64,000 bases of DNA, taken from positions 156,240,001-156,304,000 of the forward strand of contig OX597814.1 of the NCBI GenBank assembly GCA_951406725.2. The letters are read 5' to 3'. The notes below the pieces were generated by a model. The model was not told the origin of the DNA, searched no databases, and saw nothing but the letters and a program-made list of their open reading frames with translations. The DNA comes from Octopus vulgaris (taxonomy: Eukaryota). Shown here piece after piece: positions 1-15,495 of the stretch (positions are counted from its first letter, which is position 1; each line of letters begins with the position of its first letter). The position numbers were made by a program, and so were the translations under genes.

Positions 1-340
1 TCGCAATAATTTAGTTGTTACTGTTCGCTACATTAGATCGAGCTAAACTATTTTCTTGTTTAAGGAGTATAAAAGATTGCATTAAATAATATATCGCTGT
101 TTCTCTGGAGACTGTTAGAATGATGTGGACACCTCTGATAAGAACCCAATAAGGCCCGAATATTGATTAAGTTTATTCATGTTTTTCAGTCTGCAGAGAA
201 ATGGCTAAAATTTGCCCTGTTTAGATTTATACCATACGTTATACACACATGCGCGCACACACACACATACACACACACGCACACACACACACATACACAT
301 ATACATATATATATGTGTGTGTGTGTAATTCTAAACAGGG

Positions 341-377
<37 letters not shown>

Positions 378-1192
378 CGAATTATTATTCCAAGTAGTAA
401 GTACATGCACTCTATTTGCTGACCACGTCTAACTTAATAGCATCAAGTAGTGTAATCTTCTAGCTCATATTTTAGGATACATTTCACTTAAATAGGGAGT
501 TGTTATTCACCTAGATATACCCAATTTTTGCTGGTTTGTCTGATACGTTTTGGAGGAATTTGTTCAGATACCGTTTAAATATTATAAGGTCTTTTTCCTC
601 TTTGATTTCTCTCAGGATAATATTGAATATATCAGGATAAATTGACGATAAAACACCCGTATCGCAATGGCTCTGGGACAAGTCTTTGAGTGAATTGTGA
701 ACATGGTGCCGGCATCCTGTGGACGATGTACAAATAATATACTGAGTAAAACTGACATTGTACAGATAATATACAGAGTGAATCTTTTACATCGTTAGAT
801 CATTTCGTCATATGAAAATACATGTTAAAGAAAATATGCATACAAAGGATTTCGTATAAAATGTATCTGGAAAGAAGTCATAACCTGGGTTTTACAGTCA
901 TCGACAAAGCCAAATAATATTCGAAATTTGAGGATTAAGCATGTTATCGTTCTTAATATATAACACCTTATACAGACAACAACAAAGAGTTGTGCGATGC
1001 AAATTTGCTAATGTAATAACAATCTGCTCACGTTGAATGCCATGATGCCAACGTCTGTGCACATTAGAATTAAGCTAATTCTTTTTTTTTTCTTTACATA
1101 GGTTTTAAAATTCTTTACAAAGGTTTAAAAATTGATGTATTGGTTTTGAATTTACTTTCTTATCTCGAGCTTTCATAGTGTGTATACATACT

Positions 1193-1254
<62 letters not shown>

Positions 1255-3361
1255 CAAATGCACACACACATACACACACACACACACACACGCACACACA
1301 CATACATACATACATACATACATACATACATACATACATACATACATACATACACACACACATATCATCCTTAACTTGTTAGAGTGATTGCAACTCTGAT
1401 ACTAGTCGACAACGTGATAGCAAATGCCTTTTGTTTGTTGTTATGACGTTAGCTAATATCCTGATTTATTTATCTTGCTCTGAGTAACATGATTGTGTAT
1501 GATAAACCGCTTAAATATAGAGGAGACTTTTTGAAACATTAAAATTAGAAATTTATTTTAAGACGAATCTTTTCGTTCCGAAGAAAATATAACTATATCG
1601 AGGAGAGTTCACTAAAAATATTCCATTTGAAAATGAGATTGAATGCGAAAACCAGGTCAATTTAATTTCAATATCAGTCAGACATTTTCACTTCTTTGTC
1701 AATAATTTCTTTCTTTTTTTTATTTTTTTACAGGCATACGTAGAGTGGTTGAAAAGATTACTTTCATTACATTTCATCTTATTTACAAAGAGAATTTCAC
1801 CAGTTTCTAATTAGCTACACAAAAACCTTTACTCTGTTTTTATTTTATTTTTTTATCATGCTGTAACAAGAAAGTAACCACCTTCTAGTTTCCCTGAACT
1901 CTCTTTTTTTTTTAACCTCCTAAATAATCTTAGACTTAACATGGTACGAAACAGTAACAGTGATCTTCGCAGTTTTATAAATGGTGCTAATTATAAATAC
2001 CTAGAAAATGATATTCAATGAAAGCAGACACAGCTTGAAAGTAACTATTCTTCACACAATTTATTATGAGCAACGAAAATAAAATGAACAGAATCTCGTA
2101 TTTCTTATTTATTTCTTAATAGAGAAAGAAACTATACATTTTCAGTCAGGAAGTTTATTTCGTTTGACAGTAGTCTGTGAAATCAAATACATTTCATCGC
2201 AATTCGTCTATAGTTAACCCATCACGTGACTTACTTCAGTTAATGTCGTTGATGGAAAAATTGAAATAATATATTTCCAGTTGTTAAATCAGATCTGTTC
2301 AAATATCTCAGTGTCGCAAATGGCTGACTTGTTAGGGTGCTCGATATTTTTGATGCTAGCCGCGCTGATGTAATGTGTCTCTGATCAATTCACCTAAATT
2401 TACGGTCTAGTACACCGCGCTGTAAATGGATACAAAGGAAAGATACAACTTTTCAAAGACAGTTACTGGAGAAATGCTTGAATAATGAATATTTCGATAA
2501 CTTTCAAGCCAAGCAGGCGAAAAGAGATTGTCCAGTAAATTCTGCACAGAAACACGATTCTGCCGAAGATACGGTCTACCTTCACATCTAATACGTAATC
2601 TTTATTTGGCACTCGCTATTCACAGACAACATGCTACATAACCCATCAAAGTATCTAGAATTGCAGAACCTCTATTGATCTTTACAGGTGTTCTTAACTA
2701 AATGGTATAGCTAAAATCTTCATCCGAAGACTACATTTCCTCTTCACTACAGGTCAATAGGTAATGCTCAACAAAATTTGGTAATTCCGATAAAATGGAG
2801 CGGTGCTACTTCTTCATTCATACACCTCCTAAACAACATCTAAGCGGAAACTATTTGGCTGATTGGTAAACCTTTACTTACAAGCATAGTATAATATTTA
2901 CCCAAGACAGACTACTTTTCTCAATCTATGTATCTTTATTTCTGTTCTCTCAATATATTAATCAATTTTGATACTACTACAAAGACTTATTCCTGCTCGT
3001 CGTAGCATTTACACACCATTTTCTCTCAAGTTCACTTGGCCCTCATATAAAACACTTTGACAATTTCTTTAACATTTTCTTTAATCATTGACCTACAGAT
3101 GTTCATGCTTAACGTATTAAAAATCCGTGTTGTTCTGGCAGCCTCGGAAACCATCTGAATATTATGCATGCCGCCCTTCCTGCCGTTTAAGATATAAAAA
3201 AAAGGACGCAATACAGCTGTGGCCCAGAAATATCAGAAATACTCGCGTACTTAGTTATATATAGTGGTATTATTAATGAGAAGTAAATGGTTCATGTATG
3301 TTAGATATCAATCTTTTAATATGTATGTAGACATAGTTATAAAAATATCCGAGTGAATATT

Positions 3362-3534
3362 CGTTTCAAATTTTGGCACAAAGCCGGCAATTTTGAAGGG
3401 AGGAGGGGATAAGTCGATTAGATAGAACCCAGTGATCAACTGGTAATTTCTTTATCGATCCCGAAAGGATACAAAGACGAAATGTCGCTAAGCATTTTGC
3501 CTGGCGTGCTATTGATTCTGCCAGTTGACTGCCT
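3362..3534 (-). mobile_element. SINE family A, degenerate
   Basis: Reverse-complement matches to head and body. Confidence 0.65.
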
Positions 3535-4816
3535 TTATTTGAATGAAGATTAATGATTCTTCGAGCATAGGAATCAGCGATAGGAACGTGAACAGACAAC
3601 AAATAACTACATGAACTTTCACTCCTATTTCTGCTTCATTTGTGATCGTTGTATCCACTCAGTTACATACACTAAGTATGTATATCTACACATAAACGAT
3701 AGTCACCTATACGCACGGTAGAAGAACCTCTATGACAATAGAAGAAATAGGAAAATATATTAGATTGTATAGTTCTAGATATACTACGTCTGAATAAAAG
3801 ATATGGTAGACATAAGTGGATCATCTTCAATATAAATTTGACCGAACAACAAAAATAATACATCACATTCTAGATATGAGAGAGCACTGCGCAGCCTAAT
3901 GTTTGCTATGAGAAAATATAAATAGAATTTCAATTTTACATGTATGATAGGTTTCAATTATTATTAAACAGTTAACTGTTAACAATCATCAGTAACTACA
4001 TCGTCATTCACCTTGTCCTTGGTGCCTGCTATAAAAAAGCAGAAATAATTTATGCTACTGGGAAGCATATCATGAGATTATGAGATTTCTCGAGAAGATC
4101 AAGAAGTGCTGATGAACTTTGGAACTGCATTGTTTCAATCTAAGCATAATATACAAAATGAATATCATTAATTAAAAAGATACAACTTGAGCACAGACAT
4201 GTCTTACCCATTATATATATAGGTGTATATACATATACATACATATAAATACACACATACTCACACATAAACTACTGTGCGTACACACACATGCACACAC
4301 ACATATATAGTTAAAGATATAGGCATGTAATTATATTCATCTATATGCATTTACGTATTTAAAAGTACGTTTCAATGCCAACGCGCTATCGTAGAAACAG
4401 TCATTTTAAATTTCTTCGAATATCTGTGTTAAGAATAAGAGCTTATAAATCACCGCAAAAAAACTGTATTTCCAAAATGTTATCATCTGGAGAAGTATCA
4501 ATTGCTTATATTCATAAATGCACACATATGAACACACACATACACACACACACACACTTACATGCATATATACACACATACATACATACATACATACATA
4601 CATACATACATACATACATACATACTTACACACATTCATTGATACATACACACACATACATACATAAATACATCATACATACATACATACATACATACAC
4701 ATACATACACACACACATACATACATACATACATACATACATACATACATACATACATACATACATACATACATACATACATACATACATACATACATAC
4801 ATACATACATACATAC

Positions 4817-5200
4817 CAAGACTGAAGACATCGACTCTTTTATTGCGAACTGCGAGAGAATGTCTTTCCGATACTAGATATTATCTTGCCATGAGACATG
4901 ATGCGGTGACGAGAGCAGTCTGGAAAAAGATAAGAAAAAAGAAAATACCAGCAAACGAAGTTGACTATATTGCGGCGATCTGTCAAAAGAATATCGGTGA
5001 AAATTTTGAAAAATTAAATAGCCTCCAAGTCAAAACACAGACGGCCAGATATTGCAGTGTGGAATCATAATAACAAAATTATGCTCCGTTGTGAAAATCA
5101 ACTGCCTTTGGAACCCCAATGTGGTCAGAAAAACATTTAAGTAGCACATCTATGGACCACTGCAAAGATTTTTTAAAATACAGTAATACGATACATTTTT
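4817..5200 (+). pseudogene. Decayed non-LTR retrotransposon fragment (restriction-like endonuclease, R2/R4/NeSL group)
   Basis: YYLAMRHDAVTRAVW (RHD motif, 4894-4902) followed, after a frameshift, by KHRRPDIAVWN (PD motif); starts directly after an (ACAT)n tract. Confidence 0.6.
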
Positions 5201-5234
5201 AGCTTCATGCGCACCACCCATCCCGGAGCAAAGT

Positions 5235-5647
5235 GCGGCGAGCTGGCAGAAACGTTAACACGCCGCGCGAAATGCTGAGAGGTATTTCGTCAGCCGTTAC
5301 GTTCTGAGTTCAAATTCCGACGAGGTCGACTTTGCCTCTCATCCTTTTGGGGTCGATTAAATAAGTACCAGTTACGCGCTGGGGTCGATATAATCGACTT
5401 AATCTGTTTGTCTGTCCTTGTTTGTTCCCTCTGTGTTAAGCACCTTGTGGGTAGTAAAGAAATAGGTATTTCATCTACTGTTACGTTCCGAGTCCAAATT
5501 CCGCCGAGGGAGACTTTGCATTTCATCCTTTCGAAGTCGATTAAATAAGTACCAGTTACGCACTGGAGTCAATGTAATCGACTTAATTCGTTTGTCTGTC
5601 CTTGTTTGTCCTCTCTACGTTTAGCGCCCCCATGGGCAATAAAGAAA
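5235..5647 (+). mobile_element. tRNA-derived SINE family A, with tandemly duplicated body
   Basis: Head gcggcgagctggcagaaacgtta...gagttcaaattcc (A/B boxes); body gtcgactttgcctttcatcc...aataagtaccag repeats from 5465. Confidence 0.85.
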
Positions 5648-7378
5648 TTTTTTTTCAATTAAAAAAAACTATGGTTGAACTTGGTTATTGGAGAAGAGAA
5701 TACAACTTATGAATTCTACGCTACAAATGATTACTATACGTGACACATTTAAAGTCTCCAAGAAAGTTTTAAAAGTTAAAAGAAGATGAACAAGACAAGG
5801 TGCTTTCCTTCACAATCAAGCAGGTAGCCGGTCAAAATTAACTCTAAAGCGAAGTAGAAAATATACATACTTATGAATGTGCTTGTGCATATACACTTGT
5901 TTATGTGTGTGAAAGCACACATCATACATCTACATATATTGGCGGGACGCGTGAATATTTCACGGAATTAATGGTAAACTTATTGGGTTATTTCTGAAAA
6001 CTTTGTCCAAATAAGTTACTGAAAGCGTAACCTGTGTTATATTTGTATCAAGCGATAGTCGCTCATCTGCTGATCACTGTAAAGTGAAGGAAATTGAATT
6101 ACGATGATTACTCAATGCACTTTATAAGTACACTTTATTTACTTTATAGACTATACAACACTCTCCCTCTTTATCTCCCACTCTTCGCCTTACCCTCTTT
6201 TTCGCTGTCCTTTTTCTTTCGCTCTTCGACTTTGCAGTCAATTAATGGCGTGAAAGTGTAACTGACGGCCTAAGTAACGAAGAAAGAAAAAGCTTATTTT
6301 AAAAGAATTAACACATTTCACTCACTACTATTTCTGGCCCTGCCCCACCTCTACCACCCACTCCAACCCTCCAACTAATCATGTGGAAGCGTTACGAACG
6401 GGCTAAGTGACGAAGAAACAAGCAGACTCGTTATAAGATGATTTATACGAAAAGTAGAATTCACAAAATTATTGTAAACAATAAGAAACTATGTAACGGA
6501 GACATAGTTACTCATTCTAATGCTTCAAACGACCATAGAGAGGCTCTCCAATTGTAAATAATCTGTAGAAACATCCAACTGCACATTTTAATATGAAAGT
6601 TAATAACCCGAGTATATGCTTGCGTTTGTAGAAGAGAAGTGTTAATTAATTATCGTAACGTTCTTTTATTGTATTTGTGTGTGTGTTTGTGTGTGCATGT
6701 GCCTTTGTTTATATCGTTGTAGTTATGAGTGCTTGCATACATTTTTGTCTATAAGTGTATGCTTTTACATGGCTGTATCTCATAATTATTGTCTGCTTGT
6801 CTTTTATACATCAACATATCAGCTGAAAATTATCATTTTTAACTGTTTGCTAGAGATCAAGTCATTTATTATCAAGGTACACTAATCATCTTCCTCTTCT
6901 TGCGTGTTCATGGACGTCTCTGTGATCTGAAGCAGGGCTTACATTGGAATGAAAAGAAGAAGAAAAAAGCAATAAGAAAATCGCCTACTTCAGCCTTATT
7001 TTATTATATACTTTTGATGTTTCCTTTTCTTGCTTCGCTATATCTATTAATGTGAAATTCTGTCATTGAAGTAAATTATGCAAAATGCATTTTATGGTAT
7101 TATTAATGAGAATATATGTGTGGGTGAGAGAGAGAGAGGGGGAGAATAGAGGGAGACAGGCAAACGGAAAAGAAGATATCGAGTGGGTGAGTTTATGTTT
7201 GTATGATGTGGTGAAAAGGGTTTGTTTGTCTGCGTGATTTGGTGTGTGTAGCAGGAAGAAACTGCATTGGCTGAAAGACATCGACGTAAAACTGGTTTCG
7301 CTTCCCGGTTATATATTCAATGCAACCTCTGTATAACAGATACAGATACACCCAGCTACGCAAATACAAACACGCACG

Positions 7379-7478
<100 letters not shown>

Positions 7479-7832
7479 AACAAACAAGCATACAAACACA
7501 AAGATATATATACTTGTACTAATTGATATTTTTTATTGTATCGGTATATCTTTATAGTTCTACACTTAAAACAAAACACATGTGTATAGGAATGTACTCT
7601 CACACACATATACATATGACATAAAGAGATAGACAGACAGCGAAAGGAGCGAGTAAGACCACACTGTATGCATTTACATCTTGGGCATGTATGCCTTTGT
7701 GTGTATGAGTGCTTGCGAGTATTGTGATGAGAGGAGAAATTACTATTTTGTAATGTGATGAACTTCCACATTGATATCGACAAAATTTTTTATCCTAAAT
7801 CGTAACACCCTCCAGATGGTAGGTTAGCAGAG

Positions 7833-8243
7833 ATGGCAGGAACGTTAGCACACCGGGCGAAATGCTTAGCGGTATTTCGTCTGCCGATACGATCTGAGTT
7901 CAAATTCCGCCGAGGTCAACTTTACCTTTCATCCTTTCGGTGTCGATTAAATAAGTACCAGTTACGCACTGGGGTCGATACAATCGACTTAATCCGTTTA
8001 TCTGTCCTTGTTTGTTCTCTCTATGTTTAGCGCCCCCTTCTGGGTAGTAAAGAAATCGCTATTTCGTCTGCCGCTACGTTCTGAGTTCAAATTCCGCCGA
8101 GGTCGACTTTACCTTACATCCTTTCGGGGTCGATTAAATAAGTACTAGTTAGGCACTGGAGTCAATATAATCGACTTAATCCGTTTGTCTGTCCTTGTGT
8201 GCCCCCTCTGTGTTTAGCCCCTTGTGGGTAGTAAAGAAATAGG
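7833..8243 (+). mobile_element. tRNA-derived SINE family A, with tandemly duplicated body
   Basis: Same structure as 5235-5647; second unit starts at 8058. Confidence 0.85.
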
Positions 8244-9039
8244 TCGGCAGAGATAGCGAAATAACTGCTGATCCTCCTCCTCTCTCTTGCTCCATAACTA
8301 GCAAAAGGCTCTTTCTCCTGCCTCCCCCACCCTGCACCCAGTGATTCTTCGCACTTTTCTTCTCGTTCCAATGGCTGTAAACTTTCTCCATACTGACTAG
8401 GCAAGGGATCTGCTTCAACCAACCTCGCCTATGAAAAGCCACGACTAAAATCCCTTCTTGTAATCTTACAGAATGCTCTAGTACAACTGAACCACTTCCC
8501 CAATGAATAATATTATAATTGGCTGATTATTCTACAGATTTTTTAATTCTTAATGTAACACCCACACAAACTGAACATGAATTCCAACAAAAGTCCACCT
8601 GATAGGCCCACACACAGCTCGGCCTGCACAAATTTCCCTACATGGTTCTAGGATGATCTGAGAGTAAGTAATGGATACTTTCTCAAGATCCCACTAGAGA
8701 GGAATGACCTCCCAATTTCGCGATTGTTTCAAAAGCAACAAGAAAGGATTCCACAAGAAGTCTCAATGCTGATGTTACTGGAAGAAACGAGGAAGGAAAA
8801 AGCTGCTGAAAAAAGAAATGAAAGAGAAGAATAGATACAGAAAATTGGGAAAACGAAGTTAAAGCAAGTGAGCTGATATAAAGGCGTCTGCTAATTCCAT
8901 TGTTCTGCTTTTTAAAACAGATCAATGCTTATCATTGCAAGTTATCTACCTGTCCGCTACAGTGCAAACATTTGCTTAAGTAGTTGAGACAAAAATCTTT
9001 GATAAAAGTTTGCCTCCAGTAAAACACGTAAACACATGC

Positions 9040-9040
9040 G

Positions 9041-9123
<83 letters not shown>

Positions 9124-9168
9124 CTATATAAATACATGCATAAATATATATATACATATATATGTGTA

Positions 9169-9205
<37 letters not shown>

Positions 9206-9491
9206 GGAGAGAGAGAGAGAGAGAGAGAGATTCATATACAAACATATGTGTGTGTGTCTGTATATATGTGTGTATATGTATGTATGTATACATGTGTGTG
9301 TACATATATAAATGTGTATATGTAAGTATGTATGTATATATATATATGTGTGTGTATAAATGTGTATATATATGTATATATATATATATACACGAAAATA
9401 TATAAAAATATATATATACATATATGAATGTATATACATACATGAATGTATATATATATATATATATATATGTATGTTCATATATATATAA

Positions 9492-9530
<39 letters not shown>

Positions 9531-9541
9531 CATATACGCGT

Positions 9542-9585
<44 letters not shown>

Positions 9586-9650
9586 GTCCATATATTTATA
9601 TATTTATACATAATTGTTTTTGTGCGTGTATGATATATGTATATATAATT
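9040..9650. repeat. Compound microsatellite block (TA/TG/GA/TATG), representative of dozens in the window
   Basis: Directly visible. Other large blocks at 1195-1365, 4530-4815, 7375-7490, 19940-20110, 22218-22395, 26300-26860, 30062-30165 and 34020-34148. Confidence 0.97.
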
Positions 9651-12026
9651 GATGGTTCTTGCTAATACACTAATACACTGTCATCTGTTGTAGACATTTT
9701 GATTGTTTGCCTTGACAAGCACAAAATCCGTTAGGATAAATTGCCTAAGTCACTTGGTTAGGACCCCATTCATCTATATAGTTTGGTCAAATACTCAAAT
9801 TTCCAAGATATTTTTTTAATTCATTTCTTCCTGTGTTTACTTCTAAATTTATGTATCCGAAGAAACGTAACCCACTACAAGCTTCCAATCAATGTTTCCC
9901 TCCAGACAATATAAACATTTCACGAGCTACTTTTTTGTTTGTCTCTTGTAAGTACTTATCTAAATTATATTAATATGACTGGGTTGTAGCATAGCCATAC
10001 CAATGAGGTATAAACTGCTGACGAGACGAATCAGCGTTTTGATTTTGACTTATTTTTTTTTAAAGTTAATTCAGGAAAAAATCTTTTGAATATGTTGAAA
10101 TGGTTAACTTCAGAATTTCACATTCACTTAGACAATGAATAGTTGTAACATCAGGGTATGTATTACTCTATTGAACTCCCGGCATATTAGAAGCATATGC
10201 CGAAACATGTATGTGATTATTAGTAAGGGTTTCCATAACATTAAATTACTTTAAATGCAAGAACATTAAAATGAATATCATATACATGAAGAAGTCTAGC
10301 AGCAGCACTAGATCTGTTCTCTTCCAATTTCGATTATAATCTATTACTTTAACTTAGTTAAATTCGTTTATTGATATTATAAAAGCATTTTTTCTTTCTT
10401 GAAAAGCTAAATTTTTTTTATGTATAGATGTTCTATTTCATATTTAGATTTAACCATTTCTAAAGATGGGATGAAATTTGGCTGCTATTTCTAAGAAGCT
10501 TTTGAAAGTTACCTCACTTTCATTAAATTTTTTCTTCTTTTTTGCGTCTGGAGTACCATAATATATTCGTGGACCGAACATTGACTTTATTCGCAGGGGT
10601 TTCATTTACGTTGTTTAGGCATCTTTAAAGGAATTTAAGTTAAGTTTACACATTTTCCTGTCTACTTCGACAAATCTTGGAATCTTTAGAAATCAACATA
10701 TATTATTGTTTATTTTCATTTCTGCTCTAGAAGAACATGCCCATGATAAAATGTTGTCCAACTATGACAATCAATTCCTCTGTTTTAATTCACATATGGC
10801 GTATGTAGAACGATGCAATGCTATATATCGTTCCTTTACTCAAGATGGTAATGTATCATTTGAAGGAGATTTAGTTTTTAACACGTTAATTACGTCTTTC
10901 TGGATACGCTTCAAATTTGCTGATTGTCTTCGCTAAAGCGATATCTATTAATCCAGATGTAATAACTATTTCTTAAAAACTTCTCCGTTTATACAGTAGC
11001 TGAATGACTTTTAGATCTAGATGTAGTACAGTTTTAGATGAAGAGACAAAAACAAATAATTTTGCACTTTCTTAAGTAATGCATATCACAGATTTATGTC
11101 TATGAAGAAATCTGATGTTGTGGCATTCATTGTCTTTAATGAGCATAACAATGTATTTCAAAGAAGACAGCCGATAATTGAGTTCCTCAATAAAGGCGTC
11201 TCATTTTCTCTATAAATGTTCATGCAAATAAGTTTATTATATTTCCAACACAACAATTAAGTTACAAGTATGATAAAATAACATCTTGAGAAAATCACGT
11301 TGTGCCAAAATATAAATTGACGACAATTGCAATTGTATTCATTACGAAGTTGCTATACTTACTAACTTCAATTGATGGGTCTTCACTGCGGTTATTTGAG
11401 CAGCTAGAAATAGAATAGTAATCTCACTCAATTCACAGCAAACTATCTTAAGTAAAGGAAGAAGTATTCAAGTATGTAATCTCAGACATACATTAAGAAG
11501 ACATGTTATCGTTAATGATCTGAAACACTAGGAAAAGGCAGACTAAATCTCAGTCTATTAATAGCTGATCGTGACTCGTCTTGTTGAGTTGAATTATTGT
11601 GTATATCAATTACATACATGTATGTGTGTGTGAGAGAGAGAGAGGGGGGGTTAAAGGGGCATATACTGTGGTAGCTCTCAGTTATGTTCCAGGATACGGC
11701 TAACAGCATCAATTAGTATTTAACGTCTATGAGTCCTAGTTATCATTCATGCTATAAATTCCGCCGATTGGTAATTCCATGTTCGCTTCACTGGATGGTA
11801 ATATATCTGCAGTGTATATTTGCAATAATTATAACGACAGATAATATGTAGACTGGTACATGTTATGGTTACGGTTGCTTACACGTGGAAACACGTGTAG
11901 GTTGTTATAATCCCCAACACATACAGTATGCCATTTTAAAATAAAAGGAAATCAATTTTGAGGATGTACTTGTCTCCATATTTTCGATTGTTATAATTGC
12001 TTATATCTATATGTTTGTGTGTATAG

Positions 12027-12470
12027 GTGAGTGGAAAGAGAGAGAGGATTAGAGATACACGCATACACGTGTGTGTGTGTGTATGTGTGTGTACTTACGT
12101 GCATGCGTGCATGCGTGCGTGTGCGAGCGTGCATATTATAAATACTGGCTGGTTAATTCTCCAGTCCTGCCTTATGTTGTAGCGAAAAAGGATGAGAGAG
12201 GGAGTAAAAGAGAGACACGAGCGCGTTAACATAGGAAGCTTGGTGGCAAACAATTCTAAAATTTGTCATTTGTAAACATCCTCAGATATCTACTCTGTCA
12301 TTTACTCATTCATTTCTTCATTTTCTTCTTTCTCTATCTCTATCTTTATTTCTCTCACATTGATTTTTTGCACTCTCTCTCTCTCTCTCCCTGTCTGTCT
12401 GTCTTTCTCTGTAACACTCTTTTACTCATTGCTTGCCACAAAGCCTAGTACGTGCACTCATCCTTCGCCG
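12027..12470 (+). repeat. ~450-bp dispersed direct repeat, copy 1
   Basis: High identity to 16023-16486. Confidence 0.9.
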
Positions 12471-14037
12471 TTTAAGATAAGTATCACTGAATCAGTCATT
12501 TACTCTTGACCCCTACCTTACTCTGTATGCGATGCAAATCGTGTCTGAAGAAATCAACCAAACATTTATATCTGCTACCATATATATGTGTGTGTGCGTG
12601 TGTGTATTTGTGTGTGTGTGTGTGTGTGTATGTGTGTGTGTGCAATGCATGTATGTATGTGTGCCTGTACGTACGTATATACATATGTATGTATGTATGT
12701 ATGTTTGTATGTATGTATGTATGTATGTATGTATGTCAGTATTGCTAATTCACTTGGCACACCTCAACGCTGTAATGAACCATTGCTAGATGTAAAACTG
12801 AGGAGTGTTTCTTTATTTGCAGTTTTAGGTAACAACTTTCTCGTGAATGTTCCTTTCTTGTGCTACTGGCACATAAATAACAACATAACAATTACTTCAA
12901 GTGATTAAAGGACTGAGATTTTTATAAAATATAATGGTATTACTTAGAAATTAATTTTTCGAAGACTGGGCAAATTTATTGCGTAATTGAAATTTACTAA
13001 CGAGTTAAATACAATTAATAAATTACGAAGTATTAATGAAAGTGATGTTTTGCAAATAATTGCAATTTCCTAATTGTATCTCTAGCAGACAAGTCTCTTT
13101 AGCATACGAAAGCAAACACTTTTCATAGAGATTTAAATTTAAAAATGTTATAAATTAATGTTATAATAAATTAGGAGGAAAATTTAAATGTATTTTGAGC
13201 CTAATAATATCCCCAAAATATAAATAAACGTTGTTTATATTACTGACAATGTCAAATAGGAAATATGAGCATTATTACTTCATATTTTGCCTTATTTGTA
13301 TTACTTTTATTAATGCAATCTTAATTCAAATGAAGTGTTTCTGATATAAAATTCGCAATAAAGCTATTATAAAAGGAAAATGTTTCATATTTTTGCATTA
13401 TTTTTAAAGTGTTTTTTTTAAATTATTTTTGATATTATTAATTCACTTATATAGAAACAAACATTTTCTCTGATTTCTATACATTACTCACGCTAAACAT
13501 ATGTGTCACACACAAAAGAGACTAGGTTTGTTAAATTAATTGTCAAATTTTATTGCTTATATAAAATGCGTTCTATATAATGACTGATGAGTCTGCATAT
13601 ATTTGCTACTGGTATTAATGATTAAATATAATTAAGAGGTAAACAGTACGCTTATTGCTAACATTGATGGCTATTCTTTCTTAATTCGACTTGAGTTATT
13701 TGAAAATGGCTGATTTTTGTTTTTCAATATAAGAAGCAGATAAACGTGAAAGTGAATATATACATATAATGATATCAGAATATCGAGTGAGAAAAAGAAA
13801 GGTTTGGGAGAGAACTAAATCTACACTAAGAGAATCTGCTTCTTTCTTATTCATAGAATTAATTATTTATTTATTCTTTTTATACTGCAGTTTCTTGAGA
13901 GTAACGTCGCTACTGGTGACACATGTAGTCTAATTCATTGCATATTTAATGGTGATGTTCACAAAGTAGTTAGTAACTCGGTCAATATCCACAGAGAAAC
14001 ATACAAACGTTTTGCAGAAAGACACATACAAACACAC

Positions 14038-14092
<55 letters not shown>

Positions 14093-14189
14093 GCACATAA
14101 ATATTTATGTGTTTGTGTGTGTGTATGTGTATGTCTGTGTGTCAGTGTGTCTGTGTAAGTGTATGTTTGTGCGTGTTTCTATTTTTTCT

Positions 14190-14402
14190 TCTTTTACTTG
14201 TTTCATTCCTTAGACTGCGGCCACGTTGGAGCACCACCTTGAAGGATTCTAGTCAAATTAATTGACACGAGTACTTACTCTTTGTAAACCTGATACTTAT
14301 TGTATCAGACTTTTTCAGTGAACCGCTAAGTTACAGGAACGAAAACACGCCAACACTGGTTATCAAGCGGTGGGGGAAAACAAGGGCACACACATGCACG
14401 CA

Positions 14403-14457
<55 letters not shown>

Positions 14458-14552
14458 ACTCACAAGGCTATAGTAGAAGACACGTGCCCAATGTATCATG
14501 CAGCGGAATTGAAACGGGGATCCTATGGCTACAACAAAGTCACGCATCCGCT
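14190..14552 (-). mobile_element. tRNA-derived SINE family B (CORE-like), degenerate
   Basis: ttttacttgtttc...gactgcggcca...ccgctaagttac...ctatagtagaagacac. Confidence 0.7.
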
Positions 14553-14984
14553 TATGAAAAGAATGAAAATTATATTTAAGATTTATCATAAAACCCAACA
14601 GTTGCCAAATTACTTGTTTCTATATGATTATGTGAGAGTTCATGTAGATTTGTTTAAATTCGATTATTGTCTGTTCGCCTTAAAAAGAAATATTATGGTG
14701 AAATGAATATTGCATTTATTTTCTTATTCTCTAATAAGCAATTCTGTAGCAAATTCTTCTAGGTGATGAATGCAATATTTTAATCAATGATTTATTCAAG
14801 TTATGTAAACCAATTGATCGATAATATCATATTAGCGAAACGTTTAGTATTCGTACAATGCTAGAATTTCCATTGATAAAATATAGCGTCGATCTTAATG
14901 ATGATACTATCTCTGTTGCTACGTAACACACACACATGTATATATGCATGTATGTATGTGCGTATATGTATGTATGTATATACA

Positions 14985-15032
<48 letters not shown>

Positions 15033-15035
<3 letters not shown>

Positions 15036-15495
15036 TGTAGATTTAAATAATAAGAGGTATCCATTATAGGACTATCTGCATGCTAGAAAGGACGGTTAAA
15101 TTCTAAACCACTATTAAGGATAAAATTTCGAAGGAAATGAAAAATAAACTCTTGGACCAATGGTTTCAGACTATTTTTTAGCAAATAAAATAATTTGCTG
15201 GGCGAAGCCTTCTTCAGCAGGAACACCTTAGATTAAATATATATACACGAGGCAATCCAGTATATGCCCCGTGCTTATACATTCTAATATTTCATATCTA
15301 CCGTCAAGTGCAGCAAATTGTTTTATTTGCTGAAATAAGTCTGAAACCATTGGTCCAGGAGTTAGATGGTAAATGTTTTTTATTTTTCATTTCCTTCGAA
15401 ATGTTATCCCTAATAGTGGTTTGGAATTTAACTGTCCTCTCTAGCGTGCAGGTAGTTCTATGATGGATACCTCTTATGTGTTTAAATGTACACCG
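15033..15495. mobile_element. MITE with long TIRs (Tc1/mariner-type, TA flanks)
   Basis: 15033-15200 and 15311-15495 are diverged inverted repeats; ends TA|CAGTGTA...TACACCG|TA. Confidence 0.85.

Noticed and set aside
575-790. Short minus-strand open frame with a vaguely globin-like stretch (LKDLSQSH..GV...Y)
   Set aside because: Bounded by stops, with no start codon or convincing splice sites; similarity too weak.
10019-10037. CTGACGA...GAA motif
   Set aside because: A simple hairpin (gctga/tcagc) that sequesters the core; no hammerhead stems.
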